A stretch of DNA of 64,000 bases from a virus, in IMG/VR virus record IMGVR_UViG_3300046048_000257, positions 22,879 through 86,878 of that record; one strand, written 5' to 3'. The translations under genes were made by a program, and so were the position numbers. Below are positions 29,383-38,986 of this stretch, in pieces (position 1 is the first letter of the stretch; each line of letters begins with the position of its first letter). Below the pieces are notes generated by a model that worked only from the letters and a program-made list of their open reading frames with translations, made no database searches and was not told where the DNA came from.

Positions 29383-32300
29383 GTGATGAGCCAAGAAACA
29401 AATGACCTGCGAGTTTCACAGATACGGCTGCAAGTGCTGTGGGCGTTTACTTCTACCACCACCACCACGACCAGCACCACCAGCCATTACTGGGAGGAGG
29501 ATTTTGAGGGCATGGTGGAGGATGACCCGCCTACGGGCTGGACTGAAACGTGGGATACAGCTAACGTGGATACCTCCGTAAAAGCAGCTAAGGGGGCGCT
29601 GAGTTTATTTTTAGATAAAACCAGTAATGCTAAGATAGCGGTAACCCGTAATATAGGCATAAAGGCACGGGGTGAGCTGCTGGGACTATTGCAGGCTAAG
29701 GATGCGTTTAGCACTTTTGCAGGAGGACTGGGGGCCCGGATAAGCGGGGCAGTGGGCACAGAAACCGGATACGTGGTATTTATGGACCCGGCTGATAATA
29801 AGCTGAAACTGCGCCGGTATAATAATGGCACCAGCAGTGACCGGGCGGAGGCCAGTAAAACTATTAATGCAGATAGCTGGTACTGGATACGCATGAGGCT
29901 GGATGGCGCTGTGATTAAAGCCCGCCTGTGGGGTAGGATGGCCGCAGAGCCGGGCACATGGGATATAGACCATACAGATACCAGCCCGGTGACCGCAGCA
30001 GGTGAGTGGGGTGTATGCACATTTAATGCGGATGTGTACTGTGAGCACATATTGTATGAGCATGATAGTAACTTATGGCCCATAGCACAGCCCAGCTATG
30101 ATACCACCTCCACCAGCACCACGACCACCACCACGACCACCACCAGCACCACGACCACAGGCACTACCACTACCAGTTTGCCAGTGCCTTTGACTATTGC
30201 GAACTGCATAGAGTGGCTGGATGCCTCAGACCCGGCCACGCTTTATAAGGATACAGGTAAGGTTGAAAATGTTAGTTTAGATAGTGATGAGGTGGCTCTG
30301 TGGGCAGATAAATCTGGTGAGGGCGTGGATGTGCAGCAGAGTAACGCTGGTGAGAAACCACTTTATAAAACCGCTGTTTTAAATGGTCTATCGGTGGTGC
30401 AGTTTGATGGCAGTAATGACTGGCTCCAGTCCACCTCCCAGTTAGAGATTACCGATACACAGCATACGATTTTTGCAGTAATTAAAAAAACCAGCTCTGC
30501 TGCTACCTGGGGAGGTTTAGTGGATTTAGACCAAGCGGAGGGCACACGTATATTTAACCTCCGTGCCAGAAATGATGGTAATGTAGAGTATGGGCCAATT
30601 TCAGGCACCACTGGGTACATGGATTATGAGCCGTACACAGTGGGTGCATGGATGCTGATAGTAGGTAAAAATACAGACTCAGTGGTGCAGACGCATGTAA
30701 ACCTAAATTCGGATGGCGCTTCTGCTATAAGTGGCACCCCTAATACTGGTTTCCATGATGTACTTATAGGCGCACACCGTATAGGCACCTCATGGGAGTG
30801 GAATTTAGCGGGGCAAATAGCAGAGGTTATAATATATGACCGCAGACTGAGCCCCATACAGACTGAAAAAATAACACATTATCTAAATATCAAGTGGGGG
30901 CTGGGATTAAATTTTGCTACCACGACCACCAGCACCTCCACCACTACACATACCACCACAACCGTTTATGAGGGTGAGCTGGTGCGAGTAAACGGTGAGT
31001 GGAGTGATATGCGTGTGAGTAATTATACTAATTTTTCGGAGCACGCTGCTTTGTGTGATGGCAGCATAGCTTATGCAGGCTATATGGGATATGGTGGCCA
31101 GCCTTACTGGGTGACGCAGGAGCTGGTTAAAGCGTACACTGTGTATAAAATAAGATGGTACAGCACGGGCGCAGATGGCCGGGATATGAAAAGTTTTGAC
31201 CTGCTGGCCAGTAATACCGGTGCTTTTGGGGGTGAGGAGGTAACCTTGCTGCAAGTCACTAACCAGACCGGATGGACTGGTGAGTGGCGTGAGTGGTATG
31301 TACCTAATGATACAGCCTATAAGTTTTACCGGGTAGCCAATATTTACGGCAATAATTCTTTTTATATCTATTATTATGAAATGGAGCTACTGGCACCTCC
31401 CAGTGAGGTGGAAAGTTTCGGAGCAGACCAGACCGGTAGCGCCAGCATGAGTGCAGGCTCAGGTACTCCAGCTAACTGCGTGGATGATAATTTAAGTACA
31501 TACTGGTCCACTGGCAGCACCACAGACTGGTTACAGGCTTACTGGCCAGATGGTAAAGTGATACGTAAGGTAACCATGCAGCCCAGCAGTGTTAACTCCA
31601 GCCGTGTGCCACATGAGTGGACCCTTAAAGCCAGCATGACCGGTGCTTTTGGGGGTGAGGAGGTAACCCTGTTAGATGTAGCTGGTGGACTTTATGATAA
31701 CGCAAACGAAAAACGAACGTGGATTTTTGCTAATGCTGTGGCCTATAAATATTACCGCTTTGACCCTATACATACACTCGGTAGCTCATATATTTATCTG
31801 GCAGAGCTGGAAATGATGGAGGCGGGTGCAATTACCACCACCACGACCACCACGACCACCAGCGCCAGCACGACCAGCAGCGCCACCATAGAGGCGGGGG
31901 CTCAGTATTCCACTAACTGGAGCGGATACAGCCCGGATGTGGCGCCCAGTGACTGGACTGAGCGCTGGGAGGCGCCTGTGGCAGCCATTACGGTAAAGGA
32001 TGATGGCGGCCAATATGGGGCCCAGTACCTGCTGATAGACCACAGCACTTTTGGCCATTACATGGCAGACTGGAATGATGTGGGCGTGGCTAAGGATGTG
32101 GATGTGCTGGCCAAAGTGCAGTTTAATGACCCCAGCCCACTGGCCGGGCAGAATTATTTTAGCGTGATATTGAGGCAGACCGGAGGCACCAGTAATAAAA
32201 ACGGCTATACGCTGCGCCTATTTCCTAATGATGACCAGATTAAGGCATACAAGTGGGTAAATAATGTAGCCAGCCAGATAGGGCCCACCAAGGCCAAAAC

Positions 32301-32652
32301 ACTGAGCACATATTGGTATTGGGTACGCTTTCAGGTAATAGGTAATGCTGTAAAAGCCAAAGTGTGGACCGGGCAGCCCTCAGACCAGCCCGGCACATGG
32401 GATATTGAGGTAACCGATAGTGCCCACGCAGGTGTGTATGGTACAGTGGGGCTGGGCAGTTACAATGGTGATGCCACGTGGGTGGACTATTTTAGCGTGG
32501 GCACAGGTGGGCAGAGTGCGCCAGCCCTTGCGGATTATATAAGCACGACCACCAGCACCACGACCACCACCAGCACTACGACCACAGGCACCACAGAAAC
32601 ACCTATGGAGCCCGCCACGTATATATCAGTGGGCTCATTACAGGGCGCATAA
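29383..32652 (+). CDS. Multidomain lectin-like adhesin (ConA/LamG and two discoidin-like domains) with five Thr/Ser tracts
   Basis: WLDASD...QFDGSND...GQIAEVIIYDRRLS; duplicated TGAFGGEEVTLL..YKxYR; homologous N- and C-terminal WYW.R...KA..W...PGTWDI domains. Confidence 0.75.
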   Translation: MMSQETNDLRVSQIRLQVLWAFTSTTTTTTSTTSHYWEEDFEGMVEDDPPTGWTETWDTANVDTSVKAAKGALSLFLDKTSNAKIAVTRNIGIKARGELLGLLQAKDAFSTFAGGLGARISGAVGTETGYVVFMDPADNKLKLRRYNNGTSSDRAEASKTINADSWYWIRMRLDGAVIKARLWGRMAAEPGTWDIDHTDTSPVTAAGEWGVCTFNADVYCEHILYEHDSNLWPIAQPSYDTTSTSTTTTTTTTTSTTTTGTTTTSLPVPLTIANCIEWLDASDPATLYKDTGKVENVSLDSDEVALWADKSGEGVDVQQSNAGEKPLYKTAVLNGLSVVQFDGSNDWLQSTSQLEITDTQHTIFAVIKKTSSAATWGGLVDLDQAEGTRIFNLRARNDGNVEYGPISGTTGYMDYEPYTVGAWMLIVGKNTDSVVQTHVNLNSDGASAISGTPNTGFHDVLIGAHRIGTSWEWNLAGQIAEVIIYDRRLSPIQTEKITHYLNIKWGLGLNFATTTTSTSTTTHTTTTVYEGELVRVNGEWSDMRVSNYTNFSEHAALCDGSIAYAGYMGYGGQPYWVTQELVKAYTVYKIRWYSTGADGRDMKSFDLLASNTGAFGGEEVTLLQVTNQTGWTGEWREWYVPNDTAYKFYRVANIYGNNSFYIYYYEMELLAPPSEVESFGADQTGSASMSAGSGTPANCVDDNLSTYWSTGSTTDWLQAYWPDGKVIRKVTMQPSSVNSSRVPHEWTLKASMTGAFGGEEVTLLDVAGGLYDNANEKRTWIFANAVAYKYYRFDPIHTLGSSYIYLAELEMMEAGAITTTTTTTTTSASTTSSATIEAGAQYSTNWSGYSPDVAPSDWTERWEAPVAAITVKDDGGQYGAQYLLIDHSTFGHYMADWNDVGVAKDVDVLAKVQFNDPSPLAGQNYFSVILRQTGGTSNKNGYTLRLFPNDDQIKAYKWVNNVASQIGPTKAKTLSTYWYWVRFQVIGNAVKAKVWTGQPSDQPGTWDIEVTDSAHAGVYGTVGLGSYNGDATWVDYFSVGTGGQSAPALADYISTTTSTTTTTSTTTTGTTETPMEPATYISVGSLQGA

Positions 32653-32657
32653 ATTTA

Positions 32658-32685
32658 TTGATAATACAGGTAGGTACTGTATAAT
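32658..32685 (+). promoter_or_regulatory. Sigma70-like promoter of the sugar-modification operon
   Basis: TTGATA-16 bp-TATAAT. Confidence 0.6.
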
Positions 32686-32768
32686 AAAACACATTATGTG
32701 GCGTTTTTTAACGTGTACGGCCACCAGATATGGGGTGGCGTAACTTTAAAAAAGTAAGGAGGATAATT

Positions 32769-34127
32769 ATGAGGGTAGCTATTTTGTCACACTTTCAGAG
32801 CTTTGCACCCAGCTATGCGCTGGCTGTGGGGTGGTATGAGCGGGCTAAGATGCTGGAATATTTTGGCGTGGACTTTACTTTTTTTACAGCCAAAAACTGC
32901 CCGCCGGGCTCATATCCTAACCAGCAGAGCGTACTTTACACCATACCGGGCTCCAGACCGTATAAGGAAAAAGTGGAGCGTTTTACGGAGCAGTACGTGA
33001 GTCTGCTGGCTGATTATGATGTGGTGCTAACCCCGGATATTATTTACCAGCGCAAGGGTAATTTTTTGGCATGGAATCAGGCCGCCCGTAACGCAGCCAG
33101 AGTGATACGGCCATGGTGGTGCCACTGGATACACAGCAGCTGGGTAACCCGCCCTAATAATCTAAACTTAAAGGACCCGGATAGCCTGCGCTTTCAGATG
33201 ATGGACCGCAGCTTTTTAGTTTATCTTAATGAGTCTGAAAGCCTCCAGCTGTGCCAGATGTATGATACAGAGCCTAAGTGGGTGCGCTTTGTGCATAACC
33301 CTAAGGACCCCCGTGTATTTTTTAACATGCACCCATTTAGCTGGAAAATCATTAAGCAGCTTAAGCTGTATGAAAAGGAGGCCGTGTGTGTGTTTCCACA
33401 CTGCTCCACCCGGATGGATGCCAAGGGTATAGATGGCGTGATACGGGTAATGGCTGGGCTCAAAAGGGCCGGGCATAGTGTGGGGCTGGTATTTTGTAAT
33501 GCTAACGCCCGTAAGGTGCAGCATGAGATAGGCCAAAAGCGCCAGTATATTGCACAGCGGGGCCTGATAGAGGGTGAGGATTATATGTTTACCCATGAGC
33601 TGGATGATTACCGGCCTATGCCCCGCAAGGTGGTGCGGGACCTGATGCAAATATCTAACCTTTTTGTTTTTGCCAGCTGGCGTGAAACCACTGGAAACGC
33701 TTTTCAGGAGGCGCAGATAAGCGGTAACCTGCTGGTGCTTAATCAGCACCTGCCTTGCTTACAGGAGCTGGCCGATAAGGACCGGACCCTGTGGCTGGAT
33801 ACCTCATATAAAACACCGGGCCGCATGGATGGCCAGACCGGTGACCTCCAGCAGGTAAACTACATGCCCAGTGAGGAGCCGTATTTTGACCATTTAGCCA
33901 AGGTGCGCATTATACCTAACCTATGGCCTAAAAAACATATGTGGGCTTTTAGTTTTGAGCGCATATGGCACACACAGTTTAAGCCTCTGCTGGATGAGGC
34001 CTGTAAGCTGGCTCACAGCATAGACCCCCCGGATATGCCTAAAACTGAAATACTGGAGGTGGATGCCCCTGAGCACACGGGTGAGGCTTGTGATATTAGT
34101 GAGGTGGAGGGAGGTGCGGCATGTTAG
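32769..34127 (+). CDS. GT-B fold glycosyltransferase (GT4-like)
   Basis: KGIDGVI; SNLFVFASWRETTGNAFQEA (E-x7-E motif). Confidence 0.8.
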   Translation: MRVAILSHFQSFAPSYALAVGWYERAKMLEYFGVDFTFFTAKNCPPGSYPNQQSVLYTIPGSRPYKEKVERFTEQYVSLLADYDVVLTPDIIYQRKGNFLAWNQAARNAARVIRPWWCHWIHSSWVTRPNNLNLKDPDSLRFQMMDRSFLVYLNESESLQLCQMYDTEPKWVRFVHNPKDPRVFFNMHPFSWKIIKQLKLYEKEAVCVFPHCSTRMDAKGIDGVIRVMAGLKRAGHSVGLVFCNANARKVQHEIGQKRQYIAQRGLIEGEDYMFTHELDDYRPMPRKVVRDLMQISNLFVFASWRETTGNAFQEAQISGNLLVLNQHLPCLQELADKDRTLWLDTSYKTPGRMDGQTGDLQQVNYMPSEEPYFDHLAKVRIIPNLWPKKHMWAFSFERIWHTQFKPLLDEACKLAHSIDPPDMPKTEILEVDAPEHTGEACDISEVEGGAAC

Positions 34128-34969
34128 TGCACTCCTATCTGACTAATGGTTTTGTGCCCATGGCTGAGGTATTTTTATTGAGTCTGCATAAGGTTATGGG
34201 CACAGCGGCGCCTCTGGTGTGGCTGGATACCCGGAGCCTGAGCCCGGTGCAGATACAAAGCCTGCGGCTGTGTTACCCGGAGGAGCTGCTGCATATCGTA
34301 AACAGGTCTATACCTATGGAGGACTGGGCTAAGCAGGCGGGAGTGGATGTACCCACCCTTAGGAAATATAAGCGGGAGTGTGAGGGCCGTTTTGTATCGA
34401 ATAAAAACCGGGTATGGAAACTAATGACCGCTGGTGATGACCGGATAAAAGCGCTGTATGATTTAATATGGGGTGTGCCCACCCGGCCACGTAATGAGTT
34501 ACCAGACTGGGAGGGCGTTATGCCCAATTTTGTAGCACATTTTGATATTGATACACTTTTTAGGCGCCCGCTGGAGGGCCTGCCTGCTATGATGGAGGAG
34601 GCTGATATATGGCTTAAACTGAGGCCGGGGCACCCCACGCTTAAGGCCCGGATAACCATAGACTGTATTTTTTTAAAAGGCAGTAATGGGGTACGGCATT
34701 TTTTTGACCGGTGGCGGTATCACATAGACCGTGTGCCCCCTCCACAGCGCCCGGTAGGCTGGGGGCAGGCCAGCTGCTGGCACGGATTTACTGAGGTAAT
34801 GCCGGACCTGAAATATAGCACCCTGCCTTTATCTTACGGCCTACCGGGCCGTAACCATCCTGATGATGTAATATGGACCGGTAATGTGCATAAGCTAACT
34901 AAGGATGATTGTGTAAAACTATTCAAAAGGGAGCTAAAACATGGCCCGTATAATAGTGCTGGGCGGTGA
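34121..34969 (+). CDS. GT-A fold nucleotide-diphospho-sugar transferase
   Basis: FLLSL N-terminus; FDIDTLFR DxD motif; operon context. Confidence 0.65.
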   Translation: MLVHSYLTNGFVPMAEVFLLSLHKVMGTAAPLVWLDTRSLSPVQIQSLRLCYPEELLHIVNRSIPMEDWAKQAGVDVPTLRKYKRECEGRFVSNKNRVWKLMTAGDDRIKALYDLIWGVPTRPRNELPDWEGVMPNFVAHFDIDTLFRRPLEGLPAMMEEADIWLKLRPGHPTLKARITIDCIFLKGSNGVRHFFDRWRYHIDRVPPPQRPVGWGQASCWHGFTEVMPDLKYSTLPLSYGLPGRNHPDDVIWTGNVHKLTKDDCVKLFKRELKHGPYNSAGR

Positions 34970-36176
34970 TGGATTTTGTGGCTGGCCCACTGCGCTGCAC
35001 CTGAGTGCAGCCGGATATGATGTAACTGTGGTGGATAACTTTAGCAGGCGCACCATAGATGTGGAGCTGGGCTGTGGGAGCTTAACCCCCATAACCACTA
35101 TGGATAACCGGGTAAACCGGTGGCGTAAGCTAACTGGCAAAAAGCTATTTTTTAAGCGGGTGGATATAGCCCGTAATTATCATGGCCTGTATGATGTGTT
35201 AAAAAAGCTGGAGCCAGATGCAGTGGTACATTTTGCAGAGCAGCGGGCAGCTCCGTACTCCATGAAAAACGCAGCGCATAAACTTTACACGGTGCGTAAT
35301 AATATCATGGCCACCCATAACCTGCTGTGCGCTCTGGTGGACCTCCGGCTGGATACGCACGTGGTGCATTTAGGCACCACAGGAGTGTATGGATACAGCG
35401 GTGACTCAGATTTTAAAATACCGGAGGGGTATATAGATGCTGAGCTGCGCAGCGGTGAGCACACTTTAGTTAAGCAGATAATGTACCCGCCAGACCCCGG
35501 CAGCGTTTATCACATGACCAAGGTAATGGATGGCATGCTGTTTTATTACTATAATAAAAATGACCGCATGCGAATAACAGACCTGCACCAAGGTGTGGTT
35601 TGGGGCACTGAAACAGAGGATACAGCCCTGCACCCGGAGCTGGTTAACCGCTATGACTATGATGGTGATTATGGCACGGTGCTTAACCGCTTTATCATGC
35701 AGGGCGCCACAGGCCACCCGCTTACAGTGTACGGTACCGGTGAGCAGGTCCGGGCATTTATCCATATACAGAATACCGTGCAGTGTGTGCGGATGGCCAT
35801 AGAGGCGCCGCCTGAGCGCTCACGTGTGCATGTTTTTAATCAGACCACGGAGCAGCTTAGGCTTATGGACTTAGCGCAGCGTATAGCGCAAATAACAGGC
35901 GCTGAAATACGTTTTTATGCTAACCCACGGGTGGAGGCGGTAAGTAATGCGCTGCGGCTGGATAATGCCCAGTTTTTGGATTTAGGGCTGGAGCCCATAA
36001 CTTTGAGTGATGACCAGATACTTAAAGCGCTGGAGGTGGTGCACCGGCATAAGGACCGGGTTAACTTTAAGCACATTATATGCACCAGCACATGGCGCCA
36101 TGATATTGAGGTGGACCATAAAGGAGTAGCCGGTGAGTTTCAACAGCAGGCAGCTGGTAAAGCTGCTAACGGATAG
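34941..36176 (+). CDS. sqdB: UDP-sulfoquinovose synthase
   Basis: GGDGFCGWPTALHLS, HFAEQRAAPYSMK, PGSVYHMTK, TDLHQGVVWGT, DYDGDYGTVLNRF. Confidence 0.93.
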   Translation: MARIIVLGGDGFCGWPTALHLSAAGYDVTVVDNFSRRTIDVELGCGSLTPITTMDNRVNRWRKLTGKKLFFKRVDIARNYHGLYDVLKKLEPDAVVHFAEQRAAPYSMKNAAHKLYTVRNNIMATHNLLCALVDLRLDTHVVHLGTTGVYGYSGDSDFKIPEGYIDAELRSGEHTLVKQIMYPPDPGSVYHMTKVMDGMLFYYYNKNDRMRITDLHQGVVWGTETEDTALHPELVNRYDYDGDYGTVLNRFIMQGATGHPLTVYGTGEQVRAFIHIQNTVQCVRMAIEAPPERSRVHVFNQTTEQLRLMDLAQRIAQITGAEIRFYANPRVEAVSNALRLDNAQFLDLGLEPITLSDDQILKALEVVHRHKDRVNFKHIICTSTWRHDIEVDHKGVAGEFQQQAAGKAANG

Positions 36177-36687
36177 ACCCCATGAGGTAGGAGCAGAGGT
36201 GGGTGTATTTAGAGGTGATACCTCTAAAGGCCTGCTGGAGGCTCTGCCCGGTTTGCGTAAATTGATATGTGTGGACCCGTGGACTGAGCTGGATGAGTTT
36301 AAGCGCCACTGCCCTAATAAAGCAGGGTATGTATATAATGCTAACTGGGCACACATACGGGACCGTTTTGTTAAGCATGTGATGGGGCCCTATGGTGAGC
36401 GGGTGCTGCCCCTCCAGATGCTAAGCACGCATGCAGCGGACCTGCTACCTAACAGTGGGCTGGACTTTGTTTTTATAGATGGTAACCATGGATACCCTTA
36501 TGTACGTGAGGATATAATAGCGTGGTGGCCTAAAGTAAAGCCGGGTGGGCTCATAGCAGGTGATGACTATATTAATAAACCTACTTACGGAGTAATACAG
36601 GCGGTGCATGAGCTGTTTAATGGGGCGCATGGCAATAGGGGCCGCATATGGTTTGTGCGTAAGGATAACGTAACTTTAAACGTGTAA
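36133..36687 (+). CDS. Class I SAM-dependent methyltransferase (Methyltransf_24-like)
   Basis: AEVGVFRG, VDPW, DFVFIDGNH, VKPGGLIAGDDY. Confidence 0.88.
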   Translation: MSFNSRQLVKLLTDRPHEVGAEVGVFRGDTSKGLLEALPGLRKLICVDPWTELDEFKRHCPNKAGYVYNANWAHIRDRFVKHVMGPYGERVLPLQMLSTHAADLLPNSGLDFVFIDGNHGYPYVREDIIAWWPKVKPGGLIAGDDYINKPTYGVIQAVHELFNGAHGNRGRIWFVRKDNVTLNV

Positions 36688-36695
36688 AGGAGGCC

Positions 36696-37385
36696 ATGAT
36701 GATAGTTTTAGTGGTAGGCATGCACAGGAGCGGTACCAGTGCGCTGGCTGGCATGCTACACAGTAATGGTATCATAATGGGCCGGGAGGGTAGCTGGTAC
36801 CCGCCCCCTATGAAAGAAAACCCTAAGGGCTTTTATGAAAATAAGGAGTTTAGGGTGCTAAATGACCAGATACTGCGGGACCATGCGTATAGGGTGAAAA
36901 GTTTTGACCCGGTTGTGCCTACTATAACGGTGGAGCGGGTAAGATATGAAACCCGGATGCAGATGCAGATACTGGTGGAGGAGTATGATAGAACGTATGC
37001 AGACTGGGGCTTTAAGGACCCCCGGACCTGCCTAACCCTGCCCATATGGCTGGGGGTGATAGGTGCGGCGGGTATTAACTCAGAGGATGTGCGGATACTA
37101 TTAACGTGCAGGCCCACTGATGATATAGTGGGCAGTATGCTGCGCCGTGGTAATAAGGAGCGGGAGGGTGGGCAGTTTAGGGATTTAGCCATAGCCTACC
37201 AAAAGGCGGCGCTGGAGGCCTGTAATGGCTGGGTAAAATACAAAACTGTGGATTATGCGGACCTGATGTATAGGACCAAGGCCACGGCGCTTATCATTAG
37301 TGAGTTTATAGGGCGCTCCATAGATGATACTGAGCACATAACCCCGGAGCTGGCCGATAGGGCCAAAAGGAGGAGCCATGGATAA
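36696..37385 (+). CDS. Sulfotransferase family protein (P-loop type)
   Basis: VVGMHRSGTSALAG, NPKGFYE, WGFKDPR. Confidence 0.85.
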   Translation: MMIVLVVGMHRSGTSALAGMLHSNGIIMGREGSWYPPPMKENPKGFYENKEFRVLNDQILRDHAYRVKSFDPVVPTITVERVRYETRMQMQILVEEYDRTYADWGFKDPRTCLTLPIWLGVIGAAGINSEDVRILLTCRPTDDIVGSMLRRGNKEREGGQFRDLAIAYQKAALEACNGWVKYKTVDYADLMYRTKATALIISEFIGRSIDDTEHITPELADRAKRRSHG

Positions 37386-37965
37386 AATAACCGTGGGCAT
37401 ACCTTATAAGCCGGGGCGCCAGCTGGCTGCTGCATATAATGAGTATATGCAGGCCGCTACCACAGAGTGGGTGCTTATGCTGGACCATGACCTGTTTAAT
37501 TGTAACCCTCACTGGTATGATTGCTGTGTGAGCGCCATAGAGCAGGTGGGCGGGGATGCTGGCTGGATTACGTGCGTAACTAACCGCATAGGCAGCAACA
37601 GCCAAAAGGCCGCCCGGTTTATGCCAGATGACCCTCCGCCACAGAGCCATGATGTTACTGAGCACATAGCGTATGCCCAAAAAATGCACCAGCAGTATAA
37701 CGTGACCGATGGTAACGGCCTGCTGATTAAGACCACTGTAAAACGCATACCGGGGGCCCTGAGCGGGTTTTTTATTCTAACCAGTAAAACTGCATGGACC
37801 GCAGCCGGGGGCTTTGATGAAAACCGTAAGCGCCTAATGGGTGTTGATAATGCGTACAGCCGTGATGTGAGTAAGGCCGGTTATAAACTTTACTGCATGC
37901 CGGGGCTTTACTTTTATCACATTTACCGTGAAAAAAATCGTTTTTGGAAGGGCAGAGGCCATTAA
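37378..37965 (+). CDS. GT2-like glycosyltransferase
   Basis: AAYN, WVLMLDHD, SGFFIL...AGGFDE...GVD. Confidence 0.75.
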   Translation: MDKITVGIPYKPGRQLAAAYNEYMQAATTEWVLMLDHDLFNCNPHWYDCCVSAIEQVGGDAGWITCVTNRIGSNSQKAARFMPDDPPPQSHDVTEHIAYAQKMHQQYNVTDGNGLLIKTTVKRIPGALSGFFILTSKTAWTAAGGFDENRKRLMGVDNAYSRDVSKAGYKLYCMPGLYFYHIYREKNRFWKGRGH

Positions 37966-37991
37966 TAACATAACTTAACGGAGGTAAAAAA

Positions 37992-38462
37992 ATGATGAGC
38001 AGATTTAAAAAACACTGGATTATGGCAGCCTTTATGGCCGTATTATTAACGGCCACGGTTGCATGGGCGCTGGAATGGCATACGGCTAATCAGGCCACGG
38101 TGGCATGGGATGCAGTGACCACGGATGTATCTGGTAACCCTGTACCGGCTGCTGGTGAGCGTGTAACGTATGTGGTGTATCTGGCTAATGCAGCAACAGA
38201 CCCCAATAAAACTAACCCTGCTGAGGTGGGCAGTACGCAAAACACCACGCTTACTTTTACGCTGGGCGCTAAGGGCTCATACTTTGTGGGCTTAAAGTCC
38301 GTGCTGGAGGCAGATGATGGTGCAGGTAACTGGACCAAGGCCAGTGAAAGTGAGGTAGCATGGAGTGATGACCCTCAGTATGCGCAGGGTGGAGTAACTT
38401 TTGGTATAAGGTACTACCCTGCCCCCAGTGCGCCGGGTGGCCTAAGGCCCGGTACAGAGTGA
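37992..38462 (+). CDS. Secreted fibronectin type III-like protein
   Basis: Signal peptide ending AWA; TVAWD...YVVY...YFVG...ESE...PSAPGGL. Confidence 0.75.
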   Translation: MMSRFKKHWIMAAFMAVLLTATVAWALEWHTANQATVAWDAVTTDVSGNPVPAAGERVTYVVYLANAATDPNKTNPAEVGSTQNTTLTFTLGAKGSYFVGLKSVLEADDGAGNWTKASESEVAWSDDPQYAQGGVTFGIRYYPAPSAPGGLRPGTE

Positions 38463-38552
38463 TGTACTTCAAATATTAGTCAAAATGGCCCCTCAGGCCG
38501 CCTGAGGGGCCGTATATGAGGACTTTAACCCTTACCGGGTAGGGATGGTACC

Positions 38553-38780
38553 ATGCCAGAGGATAATGGGCTTAAAAACATGATAAAGGACTTGACCCGC
38601 ACGCTGGCGCCCTATGATGAGCGCAGCGCCATACTCATAGATGTGCGGGTATTCGACCACAGCGCCCCACAGGAGGAGCTGGCGCAGGAGTGGGAGGTGC
38701 TGCATGACCAGCCATATGGGCGTAATGAGCGCCACAGGCTGAAAATAGGGCGGATGCCCAAAGGAGTGCCCCATGGCTAA
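38553..38780 (+). CDS. Hypothetical protein
   Basis: ORF filling the gap; weak RBS. Confidence 0.45.
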   Translation: MPEDNGLKNMIKDLTRTLAPYDERSAILIDVRVFDHSAPQEELAQEWEVLHDQPYGRNERHRLKIGRMPKGVPHG

Positions 38781-38982
38781 GGTGGATGTAACACGGACTG
38801 TGATGCTTAAGGCCAAGGCGGATAAAGTGCCTTTTTGGGAGCTGGCACAGGAGCTGGGTATGAGCAGTGTGCACCTGAGCCAGTGCCTGAGGGGTGAGCG
38901 GGAGCTGGCGCCAGAACGCATAAACAAGCTGGAAAAAAAGCTAAGTATTAAGCTGCCTGATAAAATGAAAATAAAAGGATAA
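38773..38982 (+). CDS. XRE-type helix-turn-helix protein
   Basis: ELAQELGMSSVHLSQCLRGER. Confidence 0.8.
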   Translation: MAKVDVTRTVMLKAKADKVPFWELAQELGMSSVHLSQCLRGERELAPERINKLEKKLSIKLPDKMKIKG

Positions 38983-38986
38983 AAAG

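Noticed and set aside
32769-37965. GT operon as a DNA hypermodification system
   Set aside because: No hydroxymethylase, TET/JBP or nucleotide-metabolism genes nearby, and it lies among late virion genes. Disfavoured, not excluded.
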